Source: Euglena gracilis (lineage: Eukaryota). Taken from it: a stretch of DNA of 64,000 nt. Shown piece after piece: positions 51,511 to 64,000 of this stretch. The number at the start of each line of letters is the position of its first letter. Positions within the stretch are counted from its first letter, which is position 1. Made by a program: the position numbers and the translations under genes. The notes under the pieces were generated by a model that was not told the DNA's origin, did not search any database, and worked only from the letters and a program-made list of their open reading frames with translations. Location of the stretch: contig CP154954.1 of assembly GCA_039621445.1 (NCBI GenBank), positions 434,001-498,000 of the forward strand, in the 5' to 3' direction.

Positions 51511-54500
51511 TAACTGTAGGTGGTCGTGATCAGGAATCAACTGGATTTGCTTGGTGGGGTGCGAAACGTTTTATTTTTAATGTATTGAAAGTAAGTCTTT
51601 TATGGATTAAAGATTAATTTTACATTTTTGAGCTTTAATTTTTGGTATTGTAATCAATATATTTGTATTTGCAATGTATTTTTTACAAAACGCAAATTTT
51701 GTTTAAAAAAGCTTACATTTAAACTTTAATATTTTCTAATAATAAAAGTTTTTTGCAAAAGTAAATTTTATTTTTATTTAAAATAAAATATTTAATAATT
51801 AAAAGGTTAGTAAAAGTTTTATACTTTTTCGAACATATTAATGAAAACTTTTTATTTTTAAGATTTGAATTTTATAATTGGGCATTTGTAAAAAATTTTT
51901 TATCATCACATATTTTTTACTTGGTTTAGTCTTTTATCAATTTTGTTTTATTAAGTAGATTTTTGGACCTAAAAATTTTTAATTAAAAAATGTATGAAAC
52001 GTAAAAAATTGTAAATTTTCTGTTTTGACAAAAAACATTTAAGAAAATTTGCAATAAGGTGAGGTATTGTACCGTAAAAGTTCGTAAATTTTATTTAGGA
52101 ATTATCCTCATAGAATTATTTTTGTAAAAACTATTGTTAAGTTAAATTTAATTTTATACGCTTTATGAAATAAAATTTTCACGTAAAGTGTTTTGGAGGG
52201 AAACTTTAGAATTTTAATTTTTTCTATCTTAATCAGGTAATGCTAGACTTATAAATGTATCAGGTAACTTTTGGGTGGTGTGTTTTGAATTCTAATTTTT
52301 GTGGGGGTGGTTTTTTATGATTTAAAGTTTTTGTTTTTATATTTTTGTTGTTATTTTCTTTTATGATTTTTTATGAAATTTTTCAAGTTTCTTTTTATCA
52401 AAATTTTTCTTGGGAAAAATCTGTTCGTTTATTATTTAAAGTTCAAAGGCGTTTATTTAAAGTTTCTTATATTCATGATAAGAAAAATTTATATGAGCTT
52501 CAAAAACTTTTTCAATCTAATTGTGCAAGATTGTTAGCTATTCGCGAAGTAACACAATTGAGTTTCAATAAAAAAATTTCAGGAGTTGATGGAAAAACTA
52601 CTTTAAATTTTTTGGAAAGATTTGAATTAAACGAATATTTAAGAAAAAATTGGAATAATTGGAAGCCTCAATCTTTAAGGAAAAGATGTGTTTTCGATTT
52701 AAATGAAAATTTAATCTCAGATACAATTTCGACTATTTCGGATCGTTCCTGGCAAGTTTTGATTAAATTTGCCCTTGAACCTGTTCATGAAGCTTTTTTT
52801 CATCCATTTAATTTTGGTTTTCGTTATAATGTTCCTATTTATAAGGTTCAGCAAGCTATTTTGCTTAATTTATCAAATATTTCGTTTGGTAGTAAAAAAA
52901 GAATTTTAAAAGTTGAGTTAAATTGTAATTTTTCTATTTTTAATTATGATTATTTGATGAAAAAATTAATTGCTCCGAGAAATATTAAATTAGGGATTTT
53001 TCGTTTGTTGGAATTAGGTTTCAATTTGCACTTTCCAGAAAATGAGTGTCAAATTTCGACTTTTAGTTCTTTGTTATTAAACGTTATGTTAAATGGAGTT
53101 GAAAACGTTCATAATTGTGTGCGCTATGGTTATTATATGTTATTTTTTTTACGACCCATGGATAATGAAAAAATACTTGCAAATCAAATTCTCTCTTTAC
53201 TTTATACGCGAGGTATAAAAAAGAATTCTTCTAAATTTTTACTTGTATCCAACACTAAGGGTTTTGATTTTTTAGGTTGGCATTTTAAATTTTCGGAAAA
53301 AGTTAAAAATGGTATTTCTGCAATTCCTAGCCTTAATAATTATCAATTTTTCCTTAATCGAGTTAAAAGAATAGTTAACAATTCAAATTATGGTTCTGTC
53401 GTTAAAGCCTCTAAGTTATATCCAGTAATAAAGAATTGGAGAGAGTATCACAAATATTCGGATTTAAGAAGTTTATCATATTCACTTTTTTTTGTAAAAA
53501 AACACGCTTTCTCTGCTTTTAATTCAGAATCTAAACAAGATTTTTATTCTTCTAAACGATTATTATTTAAATCTTTTTTAGTTTCTGAATCGTTCAATAC
53601 TGTATCAAAAAAATATAACTTTCATATTTTAAATTGTTTTTCTTTTGGTCACTTGACTTTTTTATCTGAATCCATTAATTTTTTTAACAAAATCAATTTA
53701 TATTTTTGTGTTCATTGTGGAATGAAATGTATCTAGTTTTTTCATGAAATTTTATTTTCTTTTTAAGTTTTGTTCTTAGGTAAATTTTTTAGCCTTTATA
53801 AATTAAATAAAAATTAAAAAATTTTTATTTATAATTTGTTAGTAGTTTAATTAAATTAGTGATTATTTACTAAATTAAGCTCATGTAGCTCACGCTGGTT
53901 TAATAGTTTTTTGGGCTGGCGCTATGAATTTATTTGAAGTAGCTCATTTTGTTCCACAAAAACCTATGTATGAACAAGGATTGATATTATTGCCTCACTT
54001 AGCTACTTTAGGTTTTGGCGTTGGTTTTGATGGAATTGTTTTGGATACTTATCCTTTTTTCGTATGTGGTGTTCTTCATCTTATTTCTTCTGCTGTTTTA
54101 GGTTTTGGTGGTGTATTTCGTGCGGCACGTAATTTTATATTTTGGATGTTTTTCTAATTTTTTAAATCGCATTATATTGTATTTATTATTATATTAGTTA
54201 CTAATATGACAAATCATTTGTCACTCTAAAAGATGTTTAAAAAAGATGTATTAAATAGCAGTTCTTTTAAAAATGAAAGATAAGTCTTTTATTTTTAGTT
54301 TAGATAAGTTTTGACAAGTTTGTGATAGGAGACACTATTATTCTAATTAAAGCTTTTATAAAAAGGCTAAATCGATATATTTAATCTTGCATTTTATTTT
54401 TAAGCTCAAAATTATCCTTTATTTACTTACTAGAAAAATTTCATTTTACAATATTGTGAACGTGTAAGCAATTAATTTTCTCAAATTTTGCAAAAGAAGT

Positions 54501-57500
54501 TTGCTCTCGATATATATTAAATAAAGTATTTAATTTTTTAATACAAAAATGCACAGTTTTTCGAGTTTTAATAAACTAATATTTAAAAAGAGCAAAAAAT
54601 AAAAAATTTTTTATTAAGTTTTATTTTTATTAAAGCCTTGTGTATTGAAAAAGGCATGCTTGGCTTTATGAACGGCTTTTTTGTAATGGTAAAAAAAGTC
54701 TATTCGATATTCTTTAGCAGGTCCTGACACTTTAGAAGAGTCTTTTCGCTTCTTTGGATATACATGGAAACGTAAGAAAAAATTAGCTGCAATTTTAGGT
54801 ATTCATTTATGCTTTGTGCAGGTAAAAATTTTAATATAACAATTAATTTTATGATGGTTTTAAAGTATTTATTTTTTATAAATTTAAATTTTAACGGTTT
54901 GTTGCTTGTTTTTTATTTAACAATAAGTATATTAAATAAAAATAATTAAAGAATAATACTATTAAAAGAATTTTAAAGCTACGTTTAACTATAAAAATTT
55001 TTTAATTCTAATTAATTATTTTTTTATGCATTATTGAAAGTTTTTTGATATTTCAAAAAGCAAGATAATTGAATTATAGTGATCTTTATTTGATAAAATT
55101 ACCTTTTGGATTAAAATTGCATTTTGTTTTTTTGCTTTTCTTTAATTTAAAGAAAAATTATTTTAATTATTTTTTACATCAGTAATTTGAGCATAATAAA
55201 TAAAATAATTTTTGTTGTGTTTAAAGGAAGACTTATTTGTTTATATCTTTTGTTCTATCCTATTTAGGTTTAGGTGCACTTTTACTTGCTTGGAAAGCTA
55301 TGTATGGTGGCGGTGTTTATGATACTTGGTGTCGTGCGATTCGTAAATTTGTGTTAGTATAATTGTTATAATATTTTAAATTTTATGAAAATTTTTGTTT
55401 TTATAGGCTGATTTCTATAGTTTTTTGTAAAATAGAGTTAGAAAGATATTTATTAATTGTTAATAGTTATTAATTATTTTAGGATTTCATTTTTTATTTC
55501 TCAAAATTTGAGAAATAAAAATTTTGTTAAATAGGCTAGCTAAGTTTTGGTTATTCATTTTATTTGTATTTAATTGTTTTGTTAACTTAAATGTAAATTA
55601 ATAAGTACATTATGATTTTGTAATATGGTCGAATCTTATTATATTGAAACATTATATTTGTATTTTGGCTTAAATGTAGAAAAAATTTTAAAAAGTCTTA
55701 AAAAAAACAAAAAAACGAAGTATAGTTTATATTTTTACTAGGAGGGTTAGGTAACTAATTTAATTAATTTTTTTAGTTTTTAATAATTTATTTTATAAGT
55801 TTTAAAGATTTTTATCAGGATGAATTAAATTTAAGAATAATCGTCTTTATATTTATTGTAAGTTTTAGGTAATATTTTTTATTATTTGGGAATAAAACTA
55901 CTTACATTTTATAATTTAATAGCCATAAGATTTGAAAATTTCATATTTGGTTTTGAATAAGAGACTAGTCCTACTAGTATTAGTAGGACTGTCTACTTTA
56001 ACCCGGTGGTGGTGATGTTCGTTCAATAACAAATCCAACATTAAATCCTTTTATTATATTTGGCTATCTTGTAAAATCTCCTTTTGGTGGTGAAGGATGG
56101 TTGCGATTTGTAAAAGTCCATATTTTTTGAGTTTTTAACTTTTATTATTCTAATATTAAGCATATTACTTTGTTTCGGGACATTCTAGTAAAATGAAGCA
56201 CTTAATAAATAATTAATTTTTATTTTTAATTTTTAGGTTTATAAATTAAGTGGAAATTTAAGGGCCTTGTATATAAAATTTTTTAATTTTGTTTATTTTC
56301 TTCTTTCTAATAAATATTACTTACAATTTTAAGTTAGGCCTTTTTTTTGAACTTACATTTTTATAATTAAAATAAAAGTATGGAAATAACAAAAATTTAG
56401 CATTATGAATTTTATATTTTTATAATAAATCATTTTATTTTATTTTTTATTGCTAATTTGATATTTTAAGATTTGTGAATCTTCACAAAAAACAAAGTTA
56501 GAATAATTGTAACTTTTATTTTTACGATTCTGAAAACTTTCAAATTTTATTTTTGAATTAAAAATTCAATTATTTAAATAAAAAATAATTTATTTTAATT
56601 GTTCAAGATTATTAAAAATTATTTTAAACATATTTTATAATAATATTTTGTAAGTCGTGTGCATTGAAAAATGCATGCACGATTTTTTTAGGGAATCACA
56701 TTACTGTATTTTCTACTAGGAATCGTTAGTGTTGACAGTATGGAAGATGTTATTGGTGGCCATATTTGGATTGGAATTCTTTTAGTTTCAGGAGGATTTT
56801 GGCATATTTGTTCTAGACCATCGCCATGGGTTGTTCGTACTTTCGTTTGGTCTGGTGAAGCTTATTTGTCCTATAGTCTTGGTGCTGTTGCTACAATGGG
56901 ATTTATAGCTGTGCCAATGGTGTGGTTTAATAATACCGTATATCCTAGTGAATTTTATGGTCCAACAGGCCCTGAAGCATCTCAAGCTCAAGCTTTTACA
57001 TTTTTGATTCGTGACCAACGTTTAGGTACAAACATAGCTTCTGCACAAGGTCCAACGGGATTAGGTAAAGTGCGTTGTTTAAAATGTTTGATGTTTTTAT
57101 AGCAATCGTATTTAATTTTTTGAAATTTTATTCAAATTTTTTCTAAAAATATATTATTATTTATTATTATAAAATTTTTATTTTTAAAATCTTAATTGAT
57201 TTTGAAATAGTAATTATTTTTTTTTTTTTTTATAAAATTGTTCATTTTTTTTTTTTTATATTGTTTTTTAGTTTTTTTATTCCAAACTTTATAACAAAAA
57301 AATTTAGTTTTGATTTTTTTATTATTATTTTTAGTTTTTTTCAAAGCATTTTTGACTTCTTTTTGAGTCTTGCAATGTTTGTGTTAAACAGGTTTTTTTT
57401 TCTCTAGTTTAATTAATTTTTAATGAAGTCCCCTACTGGCGAAATCATTTTTTGTGCTGAAACTATGCGTGTGTGATATTGATATATGTTAATGTAAATA

Positions 57501-58082
57501 TACTTTATTTTTTAATTGTTGTTTTTTTTTTTTTTTTTTTTATAAGTTTAATTTTTTTTTTTTTTTTGTTATTTTTTTTTTTTTTTGTAATATAAGCGTG
57601 GTTTTTGGAGATTTTTTAATTACTATTAAAATTTTTTCATTGAATAATAATGTTAAATCGATCTTTTTTTAATAAAAATGGGAGTAAACATATAAATTTT
57701 TATAATTTTTTCTTTTAAGGTTTTGATAATTCTTGAATTATTTTAGTTTTTTTTTTAAATTTTTTATTTACTTTAATAGAATGAAAATTAAGTTGAAATT
57801 ATTCATTTTTGTGTTTTTTTGTTTTTCAGGAAAATTTTTTTTTTTTTTTGGAAACTATTAAAAAAAGCTGTATAACCGTAAAATCGTTTTTTTTTTTTTT
57901 ACATTTTTTTGTAAATGGGTATTTTTTCTTTATAATTTTTATTTTTTGGAAAAACTACTTTATGTTTTGTTTTTTTTGGGATTTTCGTGGTCCTTGGTTA
58001 GAGCCTTTGCGTGGTCCTAATGGTTTAGATTTAAATTAAGTTAAGTTAAAAACTGATGTTCAGCCTTGGCAAGAACGTAGAG
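51511..58082 (+). pseudogene. psbC: psbC mirror copy, frameshifted and 3'-truncated
   Basis: One A missing at ~52267 (GGTAACTT vs GGTAAACTT); corrupted last exons; stops at WQERR. Confidence 0.88.
52363..53736 (+). CDS. ycf13: ycf13 mirror copy, 457 aa
   Basis: Identical protein except KLFQ for KLIFQ (3-nt deletion). Confidence 0.92.
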   Translation: MIFYEIFQVSFYQNFSWEKSVRLLFKVQRRLFKVSYIHDKKNLYELQKLFQSNCARLLAIREVTQLSFNKKISGVDGKTTLNFLERFELNEYLRKNWNNWKPQSLRKRCVFDLNENLISDTISTISDRSWQVLIKFALEPVHEAFFHPFNFGFRYNVPIYKVQQAILLNLSNISFGSKKRILKVELNCNFSIFNYDYLMKKLIAPRNIKLGIFRLLELGFNLHFPENECQISTFSSLLLNVMLNGVENVHNCVRYGYYMLFFLRPMDNEKILANQILSLLYTRGIKKNSSKFLLVSNTKGFDFLGWHFKFSEKVKNGISAIPSLNNYQFFLNRVKRIVNNSNYGSVVKASKLYPVIKNWREYHKYSDLRSLSYSLFFVKKHAFSAFNSESKQDFYSSKRLLFKSFLVSESFNTVSKKYNFHILNCFSFGHLTFLSESINFFNKINLYFCVHCGMKCI

Positions 58083-58504
58083 AAAATTATTTATTTTTAT
58101 TACGATTAATTAATTTATGGATTTTGCTTCAAATAGTCGTTTTTTTAAGAGGGTAATATCAAATTTCATGACAATTTTTATTTATTACTTAATACTTCTT
58201 ATCGTAAAGCCATAAATTTTAAAACAATAATTTGAGTGTACTATATGGAACTTGGTAAAACGTTATATTTGATGAAGTTTATATAATTTTTATTAAAATT
58301 ATAATAACGTAGGGAAGTTATTAAAAAATTAATAGAATATATTAGAGTTTATTTTTAAATTTTTTCAATTACAGACTTTGATTTTCGTTTTCTTACGTTT
58401 ACAAATCGTATTAAATATTAAATTAAAGTTTTGAGCCTTGTGATATTAAAATTTCATGCAAGGTTCTGTGACGATATTTTTAGAATTGAAAATTTTAGTT
58501 TAAC

Positions 58505-58546
58505 CACGAACGTAATGCACATAATTTCTCATTAGATTTGGCTTAA
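58505..58546 (+). CDS. psbA: psbA last exon only, mirror fragment
   Basis: HERNAHNFSLDLA*. Confidence 0.88.
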   Translation, partial: HERNAHNFSLDLA

Positions 58547-60482
58547 TTTTATATGCTTGTTTTTATCTTTTTTACTAACAAGTATATTTTTTGTTTTGTT
58601 AATTATTTTTTAGTAAGTAGATTTTTAATTAAATAATGTAACGTTTTTAATAATAAAAATCGAATTATTTGGTAAAAAGCTTTTTTTTAGATTGTTTTTC
58701 TTTTTTTGAAAATTATATTAAATTTCTTTCGATTTTAAAAATATTTAACCAATTGAAGTACATAATTTTTTTCTTATTTTATATTTTTTACTACTTCAGT
58801 TTTTTTAATTTCTTTTAAAATGAATTCGTATCAAGATTGATGATATTAGAAATTACCCTCAAAAATTGTTATGGTTTATTTTTATTTACTTTGTTGATAT
58901 AAAACATATATGAAATAAAATTCATAAAAAACAGTAGTCAGAAGAATTTCTTTGATAAAAATTCTTATTATACAAATAAATATTTAACAATTAACTTAAT
59001 TAATTTAAGTTATTTTATTATTGATCTTAAATTTAGTAATTTTTTTAGATTTCAAAAAATATTTTGTCAATTAGTTTTTAAGTAGATTTTTAAAATAAAA
59101 TATTTAATAAAAACTCTTAAAATTAGAAGTTTAATGGACGAACTCTAATCTATTCAACTGACTTAACTAATGTTTGTAGTGTGTTGTTACACAATTCAAG
59201 TATTTGATTGAATTTAATAGATTCATATCTCACAATCTAAATAATCTCATTTATTTTTTGAGCAATTTGATAGTTATTAAAATTGAAGTTTAAAAGAATA
59301 TAAAATGCAGTATTCGTAAGAGCATCTATATTTTTTAACATCTTTTAGTTTTGTAACAAATAAAATTTATGCATGTTGTACTTCCATTAAAAACTTATTA
59401 AAACTCTAATACTCAGTCCTAGTACAGCGAATGTCCATGAACTCCAACAAATAACACAACTTACTATGAAACTAAATGTAAAAATTACAATTCTTGGATC
59501 GGTATTTTAATATTGAAGGAAACTACTTTAGATAATTTTTCCAAGTATTCTTTTTTATGATTTCACTTAATGCTTCTGGATTTACGTTTGTAGCGATATT
59601 AATAACTTTTTTTAATGCTTGCCTTTTTTACCAATAGGAGCTTGGTATACATACTTTTCTTGAATTTCTGGAAGATCCTAGTTAATTTTCTGTAGTTCAT
59701 CCAGTGGCTTTTGATTTAAACTTGAATTACGTGAAATTAATTCTGTTAAAACCCTGATCTTAGAATTTGGAATAACAATAACGTAGAGAAGTGTCCAAAA
59801 AAGAATTCATCCTATGGCAATCAATATTTTTATAAAAAAAAAAAAAAATCAAGAGATAAATGGCAAATAAGAGAGGATTTATTGAAATACGAAGTACCAT
59901 AATTAGAAGAATTAGAAGTTTTTTTTACGAAAGAACAAACGAAATAGAATTTTTTGAACATATGTTATTATCTTAGGGTGTCTAAAAAGTTAATTAATTT
60001 TCCCAAATTTATTACAATAAAATATAACATTTAACAAAACGTTACATTAAAATTTTTATAGTATGTAAATTAGAAAACATATAAAACCGATATCATTTTT
60101 TTTGTATATTCCCTTTTAAAGAATGTTTAACGCGTAAATAATTTACTACAAAACTACAAATTTTGTTAAAGTTGAAATCATTCCATTATTTGAGGTAAAT
60201 AAAGATTTTTATTAAAATTTACTTTTAATAATGAAATTATTATGTGTTCAGCTAAAAATTTTGTTTTAGTTTTTATGTTTGTTTAAAGAAAAAGAAGATA
60301 CGTTAGGGAAGATTTTCTAAATGTTTCTAAATGTAAATTATTTTTTAATTAGCTTTTTTCTTACTCTCTTGTTTTATATTTTAAGGTCATTTATTTTTTT
60401 TGTAGAAGTTTCATAAATGTAAATTATTCCAGAATTTTAAGGAACTACTTGATCTAAATATTATCTTATTTTTTTTTCGGAT

Positions 60483-60554
60483 TGTCACAGATAGGATTCG
60501 AACCTACACAAAACAACTTAGAAGGTTGATGCCCGTCCATTAGGCGACTGTGAC
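60483..60554 (-). tRNA. trnR: tRNA-Arg(UCU), mirror copy
   Basis: Reverse complement of 36858-36929. Confidence 0.9.
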
Positions 60555-60609
60555 TATATATATTTTAGTTTTTTAGATAAATTTATTACTAATAATAAAT
60601 TTATACTTT

Positions 60610-60738
<129 letters not shown>

Positions 60739-60767
60739 TTAAAATTTTTAGGTGCTATTAGATAAAA

Positions 60768-60976
60768 TTATAAATTTCCTTTACGAATGAAAATTATTCC
60801 TATAATTAGTGGTCCAGTTAAAGTTATTAAAGTTAACGATCCTAATTGTATCAAAAGTTTTTTAGATTTATCATTAATCTTATATTAATAATATTATTTT
60901 AAATATTTATGTATTTTAAAGTATTGTCCTAAACTATTACAGTATTTTCTACGATATTTTTCTCATCTGAATTCAT
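60768..60976 (-). CDS. ycf12: ycf12 mirror copy
   Basis: Reverse complement of 36438-36644 with a 2-nt intron insertion. Confidence 0.88.
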
Positions 60977-61023
60977 GTTTTTATTTTTAATAATTTATAT
61001 TTTTCACTTAATTTTCTTTTTAA

Positions 61024-61497
61024 TTATCTAAATTTTACTGAAGCCTGCCATACAAATGCTAGTAGAAAGAATAAAACAGGTATAATAGGAAGGATTACAA
61101 ATAGGAACTTTTTCTTAATCAAGATAAATTTTTATATTTGGAAATAAAATAAAAAAATTTTTTTACTTTAGATTGTATTAATTCGTTTATTTTAGAGTTT
61201 ATTTTTTTAGACATTTATATTTTTACTGTAATATTTTTTTTTTTATTCTCACTTTTATTTCATTTTTACTTTTATTTTTTATTTTTTTCTAATCTCAACA
61301 TCAATTAGTGGGTCGAATGGAGCATATTGTTCTGGTAATAAGCCAAAAAAAGTGTTAGTGGTCGGATTTAATGTTTTTCCTGAATTTTAAAGCAAAATTA
61401 TTATTATTTTATTTTTTAATTTTTTTGTTTTTAGAGTTCTTATGTTAGTTCTTTTTAATCGCAAGTTAAAAAAATTGTTTAAAGTTATAAAAGACAT
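61024..61497 (-). CDS. psbK: psbK mirror copy
   Basis: Reverse complement of 35917-36390. Confidence 0.9.
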
Positions 61498-61592
61498 TTT
61501 ATTTTCCCATATTTATTTTTGAGTTTGTTGTTTTGACAAAATAATTATAATGAGTAAAATTAAGTTCCTATCATTATTATATTAATAATGAT

Positions 61593-61664
61593 GCCTTTTT
61601 AGCTCAGTGGTAGAGCATTGTATTTGTAATGCGGTGGTCGTCGGTTCGAATCCGACAAAAGGCT
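61593..61664 (+). tRNA. trnT: tRNA-Thr(UGU), mirror copy
   Basis: Cloverleaf with anticodon TGT. Confidence 0.93.
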
Positions 61665-61669
61665 TGTGT

Positions 61670-61741
61670 GCAGATGTAGCTCAGTGGTAGAGCGCAACCT
61701 TGCCAAGGTTGATGCCATGGGTTCGAGTCCCATTATCTGCT
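61670..61741 (+). tRNA. trnG: tRNA-Gly(GCC), mirror copy
   Basis: Cloverleaf with anticodon GCC. Confidence 0.93.
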
Positions 61742-61753
61742 TATAGATTTTAG

Positions 61754-61827
61754 GGCGGAGTAGAGCAGTCAGGTAGCTCGCAGGGCTCATAATCCTGAAG
61801 TCAGAGGTTCAAATCCTTTCTCCGCTA
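61754..61827 (+). tRNA. trnfM: tRNA-fMet(CAU), mirror copy
   Basis: Cloverleaf with anticodon CAT. Confidence 0.9.
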
Positions 61828-62002
61828 CATCAATTTTTGCATATTTCAAATAAATAAATTTTATAAATTTCTTTATTTTTAATATAATACTTTCTTAGTA
61901 TTTTATTAATTTACTGTTTGTTCATATTTAAAATTAAAATCATTGTGTAAAATATTTCATTTTGCAGATATATTTATAGATTCAAAGAGTTCTTAATAAA
62001 AA

Positions 62003-62088
62003 AGGAGAAGAAGGGATTTGAACCCTCGGTGTTTATTAGACACACTCGATTAGCAATCGAGCTCTTTCGACCACTCAGACACTTCTCC
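62003..62088 (-). tRNA. trnS: tRNA-Ser(GCU), mirror copy
   Basis: Reverse complement of 35326-35411. Confidence 0.93.
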
Positions 62089-62102
62089 AATATTTTATTT
62101 TC

Positions 62103-62174
62103 CTGAGGCGGGAGGATTCGAACCTCCGAATGACAGGGCCAAAACCCGTTGCCTTACCACTTGGCTACGCCTCA
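62103..62174 (-). tRNA. trnQ: tRNA-Gln(UUG), mirror copy
   Basis: Reverse complement of 35240-35311. Confidence 0.93.
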
Positions 62175-62237
62175 AACTTTGTATTTATGTATAAAGAATT
62201 TTAGTTGAAAACTATCGAATTTTTAGTTTTCAACTTT

Positions 62238-63156
62238 TTAATACCCTTTTATTGGCACATTTAAAAATGATGCTATTTCACTTGCTTGTTTTTCTAAATC
62301 ACTTATTTTTATTGGATTTGATAATTGTATTATTGGAAGATCATTTTTATCTTTAATACGCAAAAAAACATTTTGTTTTACATTAAAGTACTCATTTTTT
62401 ATTTCAATTCTAATTCCTTCATTAAAATAATTTTTTAAACTTTTTTTTGAACTGTATGTGCTTTTTGCAGACAGCTCGTTTTTTTGACTCTTTTTAAATT
62501 TTCTTTTCGAATTTTTAAGTTTAATGATTATGCAATAATATTTTTATTTTTTATTAAATTTTATATTTTAATGATTTATTTTTTATTCTATTTTTGACAT
62601 ATTAAAATGTTTGTAATACTTTTGATTCTTGGTTTATATTTATAATTATATTTTTTTAGTTAATTACTTATATATTTTATTGAGACGTATATTAATTGCA
62701 GTTATCTCATTCTTTTACTATGTCTTTAAGTGAATACGTTATATTTATATCAGAATTTTTTCCTTGTTTACCCTTTCGGTAAATTGTCATTAAATTTAAC
62801 TCTTTGTTGAATTCGTTATAACCTTCGCCAACTCCGTTTAAAATTATACTTATTTGATTTATACTAAATAAAATTCCGCAAGTACCATAAAAACACATTG
62901 TTATTCCTTGAGGAAAAAATATTATTTCGCTTGCGTCTAAAAAATATATTAGATTATTTCCTATATAACTTGATATTCCTACTATTAAAAATCCGATTCC
63001 TCCTAATAACATTACAATATTATAAAACCATTTTATTATTTTATTATTTTCTTTTATTTCTTGACGCAATATTTTTGGGAGGTTTATTTGTTTTTGTTTT
63101 GCTTTTATATTTTCATTTTTTGAAAGTGTCATATTATTTATATCTCTTAGATTCAT
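62238..63156 (-). CDS. ycf4: ycf4 mirror copy
   Basis: ORF 62707-63156 identical to 34258-34707; exon 2 at 62238-62420. Confidence 0.92.
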
Positions 63157-63163
63157 AAATTAA

Positions 63164-64000
63164 TTATTGTATTATTGATAAAACAACGCCGGCACCCACA
63201 GTTCTACCACCTTCTCTAATTGCAAATCTCATACCTTTTTTCCAATATGTTTTATTTGATATAATTTAAACGAAAGTTTTTATTTTCTTTTATTTTATTT
63301 TATTTTATTTTATTTTATTTTATTTTATTTTATTTTATTTTATTTTATTAAACGACACTTCTATTGCAATGGGTTGTATTAATTCTACTTTCATTTTTAT
63401 TCTATCCCCAGGCATTACCATTTGCGCAGGATTATCATTGTCTGATCTAAATGATTCGATTTTTCCAGTTACATCTGTTGTACGTACATAAAACTGTGGT
63501 CTATATCCTTCAAAAAAAGGTGTATGTCTTCCCCCCTCTTCTTTAGTAAGAATGTATACTTGGGAATCAAATTTTGTATGTGGATTTATTGTTCTTGGTT
63601 TTGCTAATACCATTCCTCGTTCAACATCATTTTTTTGTATACCTCTTAATAAAACTCCAACGTTGTCTCCTGCAAGAGCTTCATCTAAACTTTTTTGAAA
63701 CATTTCTAGTCCTGTTATTGTTGTGGAACGTGTGTCTTTTAATCCTACAAGTTCTACTGTCTCACCTACTTTTATTGTTCCACGTTCCACACGTCCTGTT
63801 GCTACAGTTCCTCTTCCTGTAATTGATAAAACGTCTTCAATAGCCATAAGGAAATCTTTTTCTGTATCTCTTGTAGGTGTAGGTATATAAGAATCTACTT
63901 GATCCATTAAGTTTAATATTTTATCCACCCACTTGTTTTCTCCTTTAGTAATTTTAGGATTTTTTGTTAATGCTTCAACAGATAATAGGGCTGATCCAGG
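63164..64000 (-). CDS. tufA: tufA mirror copy, 3' part (runs off the right edge)
   Basis: ORF 63335-63928 identical to 33501-34094. Confidence 0.95.
63279..63348 (-). repeat. (ATAAA)14 microsatellite with one AGAAA variant, mirror tufA intron 2
   Basis: Direct count; the mirror offset shifts by exactly 15 nt across it. Confidence 0.93.

Larger units (their letters stand above)
42312..58082. repeat. Large fold-back palindrome centred near 50,134
   Basis: Mirror ORF pairs 48918-49298/50971-51351, 46530-47924/52345-53736, 43164-43526/56740-57102; coordinate sums ~100,266-100,269. Confidence 0.98.

Noticed and set aside
42312..58082. Interpretation as a canonical plastid inverted repeat (IRa/IRb)
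   Set aside because: No rRNA genes, no single-copy region between the arms, and genes are truncated at the apex

Overview
AT-rich Euglena (gracilis-type) chloroplast DNA, identified from gene order, protein sequences and a dense set of group II, group III and twin introns. Native-orientation content, left to right: rpl14-rpl16-roaA-rps3-rpl22-rps19-rpl2-rpl23 (minus); psbJ-L-F-E, psaB, psaA, trnK, petG, trnD, psbI (minus); rpl20-rps12-rps7-tufA-ycf4-trnQ-trnS (plus); trnfM-G-T (minus); psbK-ycf12-psaM-trnR (plus); psbA, trnL, and psbC with its intron-encoded maturases ycf13/mat1 and mat2 (minus). The window is not a clean collinear plastome. psaB occurs as a -/+/- triplication joined by eroded, almost G-free sequence. 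Everything right of about 50,130 is a mirror image of the sequence to its left, with a 2,975-bp deletion at 58,082/58,083. The error pattern (homopolymer expansion, erosion at the turning points) points to long-read fold-back or consensus artefacts, but real palindromic molecules or a nuclear plastid insertion cannot be excluded from sequence alone. The best biological leads are same-direction substitutions at conserved residues (D1 P340S, PsbL, PsaB, S7), synonymous and repeat-number differences between mirror copies, the maturase/HNH-like roaA, a shared domain V signature among psaB introns, and an apparent decayed ORF between trnR and psbA. I found no convincing wholly new biological system. 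Exon boundaries were read by eye; those marked ~ are approximate.
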